Of a stretch of DNA of 57,029 bases, positions 22,358 to 31,088 are shown piece after piece; the first letter of the stretch is position 1; each line of letters starts with the position of its first letter. The translations under genes were made by a program, and so were the position numbers. The DNA lies in contig DFOU01000006.1 of NCBI GenBank assembly GCA_002376865.1, forward strand, positions 30,763-87,791, given 5' to 3'. The stretch comes from Patescibacteria group bacterium UBA3533 (GTDB lineage Bacteria > Patescibacteriota > Minisyncoccia > Phycocordibacterales > Phycocordibacteraceae). Below the pieces are notes generated by a model. The model was given only the letters and a program-made list of their open reading frames with translations, was not told the origin of the DNA and made no database searches.

Positions 22358-23348
22358 CTTTATTTTCTTCTATGGCAGAGCGCCCATCTTCTAGAAGCTT
22401 TGAGAGCTTCTTCCCGAATTCCTTTAACATACCAGGATTTTGGGTAGAAAGCACCCATACTTGCGCCCCCGCCCCCTCAAGCTCTTGTACGTATTTTTCT
22501 TGTGTCTTATGGTCCACAAGATCTGCTTTTGAAAGCACGGCAATCTCGCGCTTCTCTGTAAGGGATGTATCGTACCGAGATAGCTCGTTTCGAATAGTAT
22601 TGTACCGCTCAACAACATGCTCATCTTCTGCAGAAACAAGATGAAATAGCACTCGTGTACGCGAGATATGGCGCAAAAACTTATCTCCAAGCCCCTTGCC
22701 ATCTGCGGCACCTTCGATAAGCCCTGGAATGTCTGCCAATACGTACCCAAAATAACTTCCGAGATGCGGCTCTAAGGTCGTAAATGGGTATGCTCCGACC
22801 TGACTCTTAGCATTGGTTAATGCGTTCAATAGAGACGATTTTCCGGCACTTGGGAGCCCAATAAGACCTATATCTGCTACGAGTTTTAACTCTATATGAA
22901 AATTACCTCTCTCACCTGCTTTCCCTGGTGTTGATTGCTTTGGAGAAACATTCCGAGAGTTCTTAAAACGAGCATTTCCAAATCCCCCACTTCCTCCTTT
23001 TAAAACTTTCACCTTCTCTCCCTCATGCAAAAGCTCTACCACATCATCAGTATCAGTATTGGTAACAACAGAACCAACAGGAACTTTGAGAATTAGATCT
23101 TCTCCATTCTTCCCCTCCATATTTTTCTTTGATCCATCTCCGCCATCTTCTCCTGCAAAACTTTTTGTATGTCGATAGTTTGAAAGATAGGCAAAGTCAC
23201 GAACAGCCTCTACATAGACATCAGCTCCGCGACCTCCGTCACCTCCTGCAGGACCTCCTTTCATTCCTTTATCTGCATGCCAACGAACAACACCGTCTCC
23301 GCCGTTGCCTGCTCGAGCAAAAATACGAACTTCATCTACAAATGCCAT
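22344..23348 (-). CDS. obg: GTPase Obg/CgtA
   Basis: FVDEVRIFARAGNGGDG Gly-rich Obg fold, then G1 GLPSAGKSS, G3 DIPGLIEGA and G4 SKAD. Confidence 0.95.
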   Translation of the reverse strand: MAFVDEVRIFARAGNGGDGVVRWHADKGMKGGPAGGDGGRGADVYVEAVRDFAYLSNYRHTKSFAGEDGGDGSKKNMEGKNGEDLILKVPVGSVVTNTDTDDVVELLHEGEKVKVLKGGSGGFGNARFKNSRNVSPKQSTPGKAGERGNFHIELKLVADIGLIGLPSAGKSSLLNALTNAKSQVGAYPFTTLEPHLGSYFGYVLADIPGLIEGAADGKGLGDKFLRHISRTRVLFHLVSAEDEHVVERYNTIRNELSRYDTSLTEKREIAVLSKADLVDHKTQEKYVQELEGAGAQVWVLSTQNPGMLKEFGKKLSKLLEDGRSAIEENKDVEV

Positions 23349-23350
23349 AA

Positions 23351-25840
23351 TTATTTTTTAACAATCTTCCACCCACTTTCAAGTAGAGATTCTGCTTTTT
23401 TAAACTTTACTTCTTTTGTCTCCTTTCCATCAGTAATAGTTACAAGATCATTTCGACCATATTCTTTCTTCTTTGCGAGAGCTCCAGTAGATGCAGTCTC
23501 TGATCCTCCACTTGTCTCCATCTTAATTGGCTTTGGCTCCTCCTTTCGCTCTTCGATATTTGGAACAAGAGAAATAATCTTCTCATCAATAGAAGCTTCC
23601 ATCTCCTTAAAGAGATTGAGTCCTTCCCTGCGATACTCAATAAGAGGATCCCTCTGGCCATACGCTCGCAAACTAACAGAGCGTCGCAAGTACTCCATAG
23701 TCTCAAGGTGATCAATCCAGAGTGCATCAAAAAGCTGCAGCAACAACGCACGCATTCCTTGATACAGTTTTTCTTTTGTAAAATCTTCTTCTTTCTTTAG
23801 AAGAGCTTCTGCAGCATCAGTTCCCTCTACAATATTCTTTACGTACGCCTCAATCTCTTCTCCCGTACCCTTAAGCACAGTGTCGCGCTTATCGTAGAAA
23901 ATCTGTCGCTGATGATTAAGAATGTCATCGTATGCAAGCACCTGCTTACGAGCATCAAAGTTTACTCCTTCAATCTTCTGCTGTGCAGACTCTAGCGCTC
24001 CTGAAATCATCTTATTTGCAATTGGCTCATCCTCTGGAATACCAAAGCGGCCCATCATTGCCTTGATAGAGTCTGTGGCAAAGATACGCATAAGCTTATC
24101 TTCAAGAGAAACAAAGAACTGCGTCTCTCCCGGATCTCCCTGACGACCTGATCGTCCTCGAAGCTGATCATCAATACGACGCGCCTCATGTCGCTCAGTT
24201 CCAATAACAAAAAGCCCGCCAAGCTTTTTGATTTCTTCTTGCTCTTTTTCTGTTGCTGTCTCCCCTCCAAGCTTAATATCAACTCCACGACCTGCCATGT
24301 TTGTGGCAACAGTTACATTTCCTTTCTTTCCAGCATCAGCAACAATCTCTCCTTCCCGCTCATGATTCTTCGCATTAAGAACTTCATGAGGAATCTTTGC
24401 ATCTTTTAAGGTTTGTCCAACAACCTCATTGTCATCAATAGAAACAGTACCAATAAGTACTGGCTGCCCTTTCTTATGTAGCTCCATTACCTTCTTTGCA
24501 AGTGCCTGGTACTTTCCCCTTGCTGTCTGGAAGATAAAGTCATTGTGATCAATACGTGCAACGTCACGATGTGTTGGAATTGGCACAACCTCAAGCTCAT
24601 ACACTGTATAGAGCTCTTCCTTTGAGGAGTATGCTGTCCCTGTCATACCCGCAAGCTTTTTGTACATTCGGAAGTAGTTCTGGAATGTAATAGAAGCCAT
24701 CGTTCTGCTCTCACGATTGATCTTTGTCCCCTCTTTTGCTTCTACCGCCTGATGCAGCCCCTCACTCCACCTTCGTCCAGGCTGCAATCTTCCGGTAAAT
24801 TCATCCACAATGACAATCTCTCCATCACGAACAACGTACTCCTTATCCTTCGTAAAGAGCGCTTTTGCGCGAACAGCATTTTCAAGATGGTGTGCATACT
24901 TTACTCCTCCTGCAGCATAAAGATTTTCTACATTTAAAATCTTTTCTGCCTTATCAATTCCAGAGTCTTTTATCTGCACTGCCTTCTGCTTCTCATCGAT
25001 AACATAATCTTCTTCGCTAAAAGTTTTTACAACACTTGCAAACACTTCATAGAGATTTTCTGAGTCCTGATACGGTGCAGAGATAATAAGAGGAGTACGT
25101 GCCTCATCAATCAAAATAGAGTCAACCTCATCAACAAGAGCAAAGTCGTGATTACGCTGTACTCGCTGCTCAACAGCATACGCAGTATTGTCTCGAAGAT
25201 AATCAAACCCAAACTCATTGTTTGTTCCGTATGTAATATCAGCTTCGTATGCCTCTTTCTTTGTTACAGGACGCAAGAACTCCTCATAGATTTTGAAGAA
25301 CCCTTTCTCATCACGCTCCTTATCGATGTCTGAATGGTCAGGATCATACAGATACGATCCATCGCTTGTAATGACTCCAATACTCATTCCAAGTCCGTGA
25401 TACACCTGCCCCATCCACGCGGCATCTCGGCGAGCCAAATAATCATTCACCGTAATCACGTGAACTCCCTTGCCCTTAAGAGCATGAGCATACGCCGGAA
25501 GTGTCGCCACAAGAGTTTTTCCTTCTCCTGTTCGCATCTCGGCAACTTTTCCATGAGTTAGGATAAGTCCTCCCAAAAGCTGCACGTCATAGTGACGAAG
25601 TCCTGCAGTTCGAAATGCAACCTCTCGGGCATTTGCAAAGGCCCGCGCCAGAACACTTTCAAAATCCTTGCCGTCGGCAAGTTCTTTCTTTAAAGATGCT
25701 GTAACCTCTTTAAGCTCTTCGTCACTTTTTGCCTTGAAATCCTGCTCTAAGGCGTTAATTTCAGCAACAAAAGGACGCATCTGCTTAATATCAGAAGCTC
25801 CAGGCTCTCCACCAAACATCTTTTGTAGGCCAGATAACAT
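23351..25840 (-). CDS. secA: Preprotein translocase ATPase SecA
   Basis: MRTGEGKTL Walker A, DEVDSILIDEARTPLII, TNMAGRGVDI and GRSGRQGDPG. The start is set at MLSGLQKMFGG (ATG 25840). The 7-codon upstream extension would overlap a terminator hairpin. Confidence 0.95.
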   Translation of the reverse strand: MLSGLQKMFGGEPGASDIKQMRPFVAEINALEQDFKAKSDEELKEVTASLKKELADGKDFESVLARAFANAREVAFRTAGLRHYDVQLLGGLILTHGKVAEMRTGEGKTLVATLPAYAHALKGKGVHVITVNDYLARRDAAWMGQVYHGLGMSIGVITSDGSYLYDPDHSDIDKERDEKGFFKIYEEFLRPVTKKEAYEADITYGTNNEFGFDYLRDNTAYAVEQRVQRNHDFALVDEVDSILIDEARTPLIISAPYQDSENLYEVFASVVKTFSEEDYVIDEKQKAVQIKDSGIDKAEKILNVENLYAAGGVKYAHHLENAVRAKALFTKDKEYVVRDGEIVIVDEFTGRLQPGRRWSEGLHQAVEAKEGTKINRESRTMASITFQNYFRMYKKLAGMTGTAYSSKEELYTVYELEVVPIPTHRDVARIDHNDFIFQTARGKYQALAKKVMELHKKGQPVLIGTVSIDDNEVVGQTLKDAKIPHEVLNAKNHEREGEIVADAGKKGNVTVATNMAGRGVDIKLGGETATEKEQEEIKKLGGLFVIGTERHEARRIDDQLRGRSGRQGDPGETQFFVSLEDKLMRIFATDSIKAMMGRFGIPEDEPIANKMISGALESAQQKIEGVNFDARKQVLAYDDILNHQRQIFYDKRDTVLKGTGEEIEAYVKNIVEGTDAAEALLKKEEDFTKEKLYQGMRALLLQLFDALWIDHLETMEYLRRSVSLRAYGQRDPLIEYRREGLNLFKEMEASIDEKIISLVPNIEERKEEPKPIKMETSGGSETASTGALAKKKEYGRNDLVTITDGKETKEVKFKKAESLLESGWKIVKK

Positions 25841-25860
25841 TGTGGAATGAGCATAGCACA

Positions 25861-25884
25861 AAACCCTCCATTTCTGGAGGGTTT
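25861..25884 (-). terminator. Hairpin terminator after the histone-like gene
   Basis: AAACCCTCCA-tttc-TGGAGGGTTT, a 10-bp stem located 17 nt downstream of the stop codon at 25901. Confidence 0.6.
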
Positions 25885-25900
25885 TGTGTTGTGCGGAAAA

Positions 25901-26212
25901 CTACTTTCGTCGCTTTACTACACGCTTCTTTGGAGCTGCTTTTCGCTTTTTAGGCGCAGCTTTTTTAACTGTCCGCTTCTTAGCAGGTGACTTCTTTGCA
26001 ACCTTCTTCTTTGGAGCTGCTTTTTTCTTCACCACCCGCTTCTTAGCTGGAGCTTTCTTTGCCACTCGCTTCTTTGGAGCTGCCTTCTTCTTCTTCACAA
26101 CTCGCTTCTTAGCAGGTGACTTCTTTGCTACACGCTTTTTTGCAGGAGCCTTCTTAGCGACCTTTCGCTTTGGGGCTGCCTTCTTACGTGTAGTTTTCTT
26201 TTTTGCCGGCAT
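25901..26212 (-). CDS. Lys/Ala/Pro-rich histone H1-like (Hc/AlgP-type) basic protein
   Basis: MPAKKKTTRKKAAPKRKVAKKAPAKKRVAKKSPAKKRVVKKKKAAPKKRVAKKAPAKKRVVKKKAAPKKKVAKKSPAKKRTVKKAAPKKRKAAPKKRVVKRRK. The DNA shows imperfect repeats of about 63 bp. The start is set at ATG 26212; the longer ORF adds a non-basic leader. Confidence 0.7.
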   Translation of the reverse strand: MPAKKKTTRKKAAPKRKVAKKAPAKKRVAKKSPAKKRVVKKKKAAPKKRVAKKAPAKKRVVKKKAAPKKKVAKKSPAKKRTVKKAAPKKRKAAPKKRVVKRRK

Positions 26213-26214
26213 AG

Positions 26215-26228
26215 AATCTACGTAGATT
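26215..26228. promoter_or_regulatory. Perfect 14-bp palindrome AATCTACGTAGATT, 2 nt upstream of the histone-like gene's ATG
   Basis: Read directly from the sequence. It shares the CTACGTAG core with 9..16 and 26345..26352. Confidence 0.5.
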
Positions 26229-26342
26229 ATTTTTATATAAAGTCGACCCGTATACAGGAACTCACCTGCGTGTCCATGCATGTATTATCGAACACGAACG
26301 ACTCTCTATGCGTACAAAATAAAAAATTTGGGGATAAGTTAT

Positions 26343-26361
26343 AACTACGTAGTTTACGTAG
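26343..26361. promoter_or_regulatory. AACTACGTAGTT palindrome followed by a second TACGTAG
   Basis: AACTACGTAGTTTACGTAG. The 12-mer is identical to 7..18. The double-TACGTA layout matches 19517..19533. Confidence 0.45.
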
Positions 26362-26482
26362 GTTGGTTTCTGAAGAGACAAGGGGGCGGGTGCGAGCTCC
26401 ACCGATGTTAATACGTGAGTCCAGCCGTCCCCATGTCTTTCCACAAACTCTTCCTCTATTGTATTCTTCTCTCTAAAAAATG

Positions 26483-26502
26483 CAAAAAACCGCCCGGGGG
26501 CG
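26483..26502 (-). terminator. Rho-independent terminator downstream of the Wzy_C/TPR gene
   Basis: The minus strand reads CCGCCCCCGGGCGG followed by TTTTTT. Confidence 0.75.
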
Positions 26503-26567
26503 GATCTTTACAAACATCGGTGTGTGCTCAAAAACACTCACTTATAGAGCACTATACCAGAGATGCT

Positions 26568-28403
26568 TTATTTTGAAAGTCGCAATTCTGCCTGCTCATA
26601 CAAAACTTGAGCTTGCTCATATGAAGTATCTAACTCATATGCTTTCTTGAAAGCAAGAAGTGCTTCCTCCTTCTTCCCCACTGCCTCTGCTGCCAACGCA
26701 AATTCAAAAATTACACTTTGTTTTTTGGGAGCAATTTCTCTTGCTCGAGACAAAATCTCATATGCTTTCTCATTGCTGCCGAGCAATCTGTACGTAAGTC
26801 CATAAAGTAGATGTATACGAGCACTCTCGGGCATAAGAGCTGCCTGCTTCTCCATCTCTGTAACTGCATCTGCTAACAGTGCAATCTTTGCATCAACAGA
26901 AAGATTTTCTTGTCGCAGCGCCCTAAGTGCAAGCTGCACCATTTGCTCTCTAATCTCTTGATCAGCAAAAGATTTGTACGAGAGCGCCTCTTGGAAAAGA
27001 GCCTGTTTTTCAGCAACTCCATACTGTGGCCCAAGAGCTCTCAATAAAGCTCCGTTTGCATTTAATGCAGGAATGTTTACGACATATATAACAAACAAAC
27101 CAACGATAATAATGAGTGATCGTGCAATATTTGTATCTAAAGAAACTTTGGGAAGACTAAATCCTTTCTCTATACCTGCACTTGCATGAGCAAGGATGAA
27201 AATAAATAAGATGTAGCTTATAAGATTGTCGAATACGAAAAGATTATTAACGAAGTATGCTCCAAGCAAGGCAATAAATATTGTTTTTTCTTCTGCAGAA
27301 GATTTGCCTCTATAGATAAAATACAAGGCACTTCCAAATAACAACATATATGAGGCAAGTCCTAGGATTCCTCCTGCCACAAGCCAGTCCACAAATACAT
27401 TGTGCGCTCTATCAAACCAAGGCTCTTGCGCATATAAACTTGGATCATAGTGCTTGCTAAATACAAGATTGAAATTTCCTTGACCCCACCCAATGATTGG
27501 CCGCTCTAGAAATCCTTTATAGGCAATGTTCCAAATCTTAAAGCGTGTCTCCCCTGCCTCAAGGGAAATACTTGCGATACGAGAAAGCACTGGACTGCCA
27601 GATACAACCTGAGAGCCCTTTAGAGAAACAAGTGCTCCAAAAGAAATCAGCACCAAAAACCCGAACCCTATTGCAGCTGCAACAATTCCTTTTCTTTTTT
27701 TGAAAAGACCGTACAGCAAAATAAACAACCCCATTCCTGCAACAAGACCAAGAAGAGCTCCTCGTGTTGCAGAGAAATAAATGAGCGCCATATTTAAAAC
27801 AGCAACTCCTGCATACAAAAATTTATATACACGAGCATCTGTTTTCAAAAATAGAAGCAGTGCGAAGAAGAAATGCATCAAACTGTACACCGCAAGATAT
27901 GTAGCGTTTCCAAAGTTGGCATCAAGACGAACACCTCCTTGGTGAATATCAGCTATTCCTAATACTTGGAATACTCCATGAATCCCCACCAATACTGAAA
28001 CTCCCAACGAAACTTGCATCCACCTCTTCCACAAACCGTGTAGACCAAGTACTTTTTCAAACAAAATAAATGCACCAAATAAATGGATGAGTGTTATCCA
28101 CCCTTCCATTCGTTCAAAGTTACTCCAAATACTTCTTGTAATGTTTGCTCCCAAAACATCCGCAAGAAGCATAACAGCAACAAAAAGACCAAAAAATGCC
28201 GTGATTGGAGTAATTTTGGGAACGTATCTCTTGTCAGTGAGAGCCAAAAGAGCAAGAGCAATCACCCCAACCTCAACTAAGATACGAAACACGAACGCTT
28301 TCCCAGTAATAAATGGGAAAAAGAGACCATCAAATACAAGAAGTGGAATAAATGGTAGCAAAAAGACAACACCGAGGAGAATTCGCTCTAGAAACTTTTG
28401 CAT
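26568..28403 (-). CDS. O-antigen ligase/polymerase family (Wzy_C-like) polytopic membrane protein with a C-terminal TPR domain
   Basis: About 10-12 hydrophobic helices. One loop carries SATRGALLGL and, later, AHNVFVDWL (Wzy_C-like). The C-terminal 170 aa are repetitive helical A/L/Y/E-rich TPR-like units. Confidence 0.65.
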   Translation of the reverse strand: MQKFLERILLGVVFLLPFIPLLVFDGLFFPFITGKAFVFRILVEVGVIALALLALTDKRYVPKITPITAFFGLFVAVMLLADVLGANITRSIWSNFERMEGWITLIHLFGAFILFEKVLGLHGLWKRWMQVSLGVSVLVGIHGVFQVLGIADIHQGGVRLDANFGNATYLAVYSLMHFFFALLLFLKTDARVYKFLYAGVAVLNMALIYFSATRGALLGLVAGMGLFILLYGLFKKRKGIVAAAIGFGFLVLISFGALVSLKGSQVVSGSPVLSRIASISLEAGETRFKIWNIAYKGFLERPIIGWGQGNFNLVFSKHYDPSLYAQEPWFDRAHNVFVDWLVAGGILGLASYMLLFGSALYFIYRGKSSAEEKTIFIALLGAYFVNNLFVFDNLISYILFIFILAHASAGIEKGFSLPKVSLDTNIARSLIIIVGLFVIYVVNIPALNANGALLRALGPQYGVAEKQALFQEALSYKSFADQEIREQMVQLALRALRQENLSVDAKIALLADAVTEMEKQAALMPESARIHLLYGLTYRLLGSNEKAYEILSRAREIAPKKQSVIFEFALAAEAVGKKEEALLAFKKAYELDTSYEQAQVLYEQAELRLSK

Positions 28404-28481
28404 GAAAAAACTATACCATTGAAAGCAACTAACGTAGTATTGAAGCGTTAAATTGCTATACTGACATTACAAACAATCTTT

Positions 28482-29720
28482 ATGCAGCAACGAATTACGA
28501 ATCTGCTTCGATGGAGTGAGAAGTATACAAAAACTGACATGGTCTACCTTGCAAAGGGTGGTTTTTGGCTTTCTCTTGGATCTATTGCGTCTCACATTTC
28601 AGTCTTCATAATTGCCATAGCATTTGCAAACCTACTACCAAAAGAAGTATACGGAACATACAAGTACATAATTTCTGTTGCAACGATACTTTCCTTTTTC
28701 ACACTCCAAGGAATGGCTGAGTCAATCATTCAATCGGTTGCGCGTGGATATGAGCAAACATTTATTCAGGCAACAAAAATGAAAGTGCGTTGGGGTCTTG
28801 TTGGAAGTTTCGTAGGACTTGGAATAGCAGCATACTATTTTGTAAATGAAAACATGATGCTTGCTACTGCTTTCCTTATAGTGGCAGCTTTTGTTCCTAT
28901 ATGGAATACATTTAATGTCTATAATTCACTTTTAGCTGGAAGAAGGCGCTTCGATATTTCCACAAAATACCACCTTGCAAGTCAACTTTTCATACTTATT
29001 GCAACAGTATCTGCACTTTTACTTACAGACAATCTTTTTATCCTTCTTATTGTATTCTTCTCATCATGGACAATGGTGCGCATCTTTTTCTATATTCGCA
29101 CCTTAAAAAAGTATCCACTTAATAAAGAGGTTGATGTTGATGCTATTTCTTTTGGAAAGCACCTTACCCTCTCTCGAGCACCGTCTGCTATTGCTGAGCA
29201 ACTTGACAAAGTACTGCTCTGGCATTTCCTTGGGCCAATTGCTGTTGCAACATACTTTTTTGCGCTGGCACCAGTTAAGGTGCTTGCAGAACCTCTAAAA
29301 AATGTAGCAGCATTGGCACTTCCAAAACTAAGCACAGCAGATGTGAATGGAGTAAAAAAGACACTTATAGGAAGAATTCTTTTGCTCTCTCTTTTCTTCA
29401 TCCCCATCGTAGGGCTTTATATATACTTTGCGCCTTATGTATATGCATTAGTATTCCCTCAATACTTAGATGCTGTTTTGTACTCTCAACTTTTTGCACT
29501 TTCACTTTTACTTGCTCCAAAAATATTTATACGACAAACACTCGTTGCCAAGAAAAAAAAGAGGGAAATATACCAATTACAAACAATCGTGCCTTTGGTA
29601 AAAATAGGACTTCTATTGACTCTTTTGCCTCCATATGGGCTTCTTGGTGCAGTTGTTGCACTTTTACTTGTAGATATGACAAATTTTCTTTTGAACCTAT
29701 ACTTATTTAGAAAGATTTAA
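28482..29720 (+). CDS. Polysaccharide/oligosaccharide flippase (Wzx, MOP superfamily)
   Basis: 412-aa protein with about 12 TM helices. The N-terminus (AKGGFWLSLGSIASHISVFIIAIAFANLLPKEVYGTYKY) is typical of Wzx/RfbX. It is the only long plus-strand gene in the window. Confidence 0.7.
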   Translation: MQQRITNLLRWSEKYTKTDMVYLAKGGFWLSLGSIASHISVFIIAIAFANLLPKEVYGTYKYIISVATILSFFTLQGMAESIIQSVARGYEQTFIQATKMKVRWGLVGSFVGLGIAAYYFVNENMMLATAFLIVAAFVPIWNTFNVYNSLLAGRRRFDISTKYHLASQLFILIATVSALLLTDNLFILLIVFFSSWTMVRIFFYIRTLKKYPLNKEVDVDAISFGKHLTLSRAPSAIAEQLDKVLLWHFLGPIAVATYFFALAPVKVLAEPLKNVAALALPKLSTADVNGVKKTLIGRILLLSLFFIPIVGLYIYFAPYVYALVFPQYLDAVLYSQLFALSLLLAPKIFIRQTLVAKKKKREIYQLQTIVPLVKIGLLLTLLPPYGLLGAVVALLLVDMTNFLLNLYLFRKI

Positions 29721-30338
29721 AATTTTTTTTGGAACATCTTCTATAGATATAATGTACTTTTTCATTACCTCATCTTCTCCCCAGGCATTCCATTTGTTTG
29801 CTACGCCAATAAACTCTGCACCAATTGCTTGCGCGAGTGCATAGTCGCTTCCCCCATCACCAATAACAACATATCTGTGATCATAACGGTCTTCTATTCT
29901 ATTAAAATTTTCTAATTTTGTTCTTGGGTTACCAAATAGAGATGTAAAGTACGAATCAACACCAAAATACTTTGCTTGGAATATAAGATCTTCCTCTTTT
30001 GTGGCAGAAATAACATGCATAACAAAACCTTTTTTCTTCAAGGAGTCTATAACCTCTCTAATGCCAGGCATAAGATTTATTTTTGTCACTCCATCCTGAA
30101 GTACTTTTGAAAAACGCTCAGCTATCTCTCTCTGATATAAATCACTACTTTCAGGTGCTATTTTTGCAATAAGCTCATATCGATTGAGTGCCCTGCCTTC
30201 GGGTGTACTAAGAAGTGCAACCGCACGAGCAGCCTTCTTCTGATCTTCTCCGAACGTCTCCTCCCAAGCATCTTTCCACTTAAAAGCGTTCGAGTCTACA
30301 ACAACGCCATCCCAATCAAAGATAATTACTGGTTTCAT
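29703..30338 (-). CDS. HAD-superfamily hydrolase (phosphatase-like)
   Basis: Motif I FDWDGVVVDS, motif II ISAT, motif IV GDGGSD. Confidence 0.75.
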   Translation of the reverse strand: MKPVIIFDWDGVVVDSNAFKWKDAWEETFGEDQKKAARAVALLSTPEGRALNRYELIAKIAPESSDLYQREIAERFSKVLQDGVTKINLMPGIREVIDSLKKKGFVMHVISATKEEDLIFQAKYFGVDSYFTSLFGNPRTKLENFNRIEDRYDHRYVVIGDGGSDYALAQAIGAEFIGVANKWNAWGEDEVMKKYIISIEDVPKKILNLSK

Positions 30339-31063
30339 TATTTTTTAGCCAAAATTTTCTCTACCTCTTGTATGTGATGTTCGCGATCAACCTCAACCCA
30401 CTCTGCGCCCTCAAGCTCAACACCCTGTACTATAAAGTTATTTGTGTAGAGGCGAATGGGGTGACTTGCTTCAGCTTCTTCAATTTTTGAAACAGGCAAT
30501 TCTGCAAACCGCAAGAGTGCATCTCTTTTCCAAAGATAGAGCCCAAGTGTCCTATACCCTGTCTGTATTGGCTGCCTTGTTTGAAATAATAACTGTTTAT
30601 TTGCAGCAACCACAACCTTAAGAACATCAGGTGACTCTGTTTGCTCTTTTGTTGCAGCCGCAAACGGTATTACAACATCTATATCAGGATTTTCTTTGAA
30701 AAGCTGAGCTGCCTGAGAAACAAAAGTATCAATGATTTCTGGAGTTACAAGAGGCTGATCTCCTTGCATTTCAAAAATGTATTCATCGTCAAGTTCTCTT
30801 GCAACTTCAGCAACTCTCTCTGATCCATTTGGGCAAGCATCGCTTGTTCTTACATAAGAAACACTTTGCATATCACAGTGCTCAAAAATCCTCTCATCAT
30901 CAGTTGCAACAATTGCTGCACCTACATGCGTTGCTGCTACCGCATTATCATATACTCTGCAGATCATCGATTTTCCAGAAATATCTGCAAGGGGCTTCCC
31001 TTGGAAACGAAGAGATTCGTATCTAGCGGGAATAATACAGGTAAATTTTTCCGGAATGCTCAT
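30338..31063 (-). CDS. CMP-sugar cytidylyltransferase, KdsB-like (CMP-Kdo / CMP-nonulosonate synthetase family)
   Basis: CIIPARYESLRFQGKPLADISGKSMI closely resembles the KdsB N-terminus (IIPARyaStRlPGKPL.di.GkPMi). A later MQGDQPL motif is also present. Confidence 0.75.
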   Translation of the reverse strand: MSIPEKFTCIIPARYESLRFQGKPLADISGKSMICRVYDNAVAATHVGAAIVATDDERIFEHCDMQSVSYVRTSDACPNGSERVAEVARELDDEYIFEMQGDQPLVTPEIIDTFVSQAAQLFKENPDIDVVIPFAAATKEQTESPDVLKVVVAANKQLLFQTRQPIQTGYRTLGLYLWKRDALLRFAELPVSKIEEAEASHPIRLYTNNFIVQGVELEGAEWVEVDREHHIQEVEKILAKK

Positions 31064-31088
31064 TGCGTGACGTGCTAGATTACAGTGA

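Noticed and set aside
22336-22750. 102-aa plus-strand and 108-aa minus-strand alternative ORFs overlapping obg
   Set aside because: They are nested in or antisense to a gene with complete Obg GTPase motifs. There is no independent support.
25841-25861. 7-codon N-terminal extension of SecA. Similar upstream extensions occur at 20883..20918, 26213..26281, 35247..35315, 47168..47197 and 3200..3235.
   Set aside because: The longest-ORF starts run into terminator hairpins or upstream genes, or add non-homologous leaders. Internal ATGs give the canonical N-termini of each family. Start positions remain unverified.
25884-26225. Plus-strand 113-aa F/A/R/G-rich ORF opposite the histone-like gene
   Set aside because: It is the mirror-frame product of a Lys/Ala repeat. 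The minus-strand reading gives a known protein class, fits the operon orientation, and has a terminator on the minus strand.
26262-26444. 60-aa minus-strand ORF, and the possibility of a structured RNA (tmRNA, SRP or RNase P) in the 26282-26567 spacer
   Set aside because: The ORF has no start context or recognisable features. I could not find the conserved cores of tmRNA (tRNA-like end), SRP RNA or RNase P RNA by eye. An Rfam scan would settle whether any ncRNA is present.
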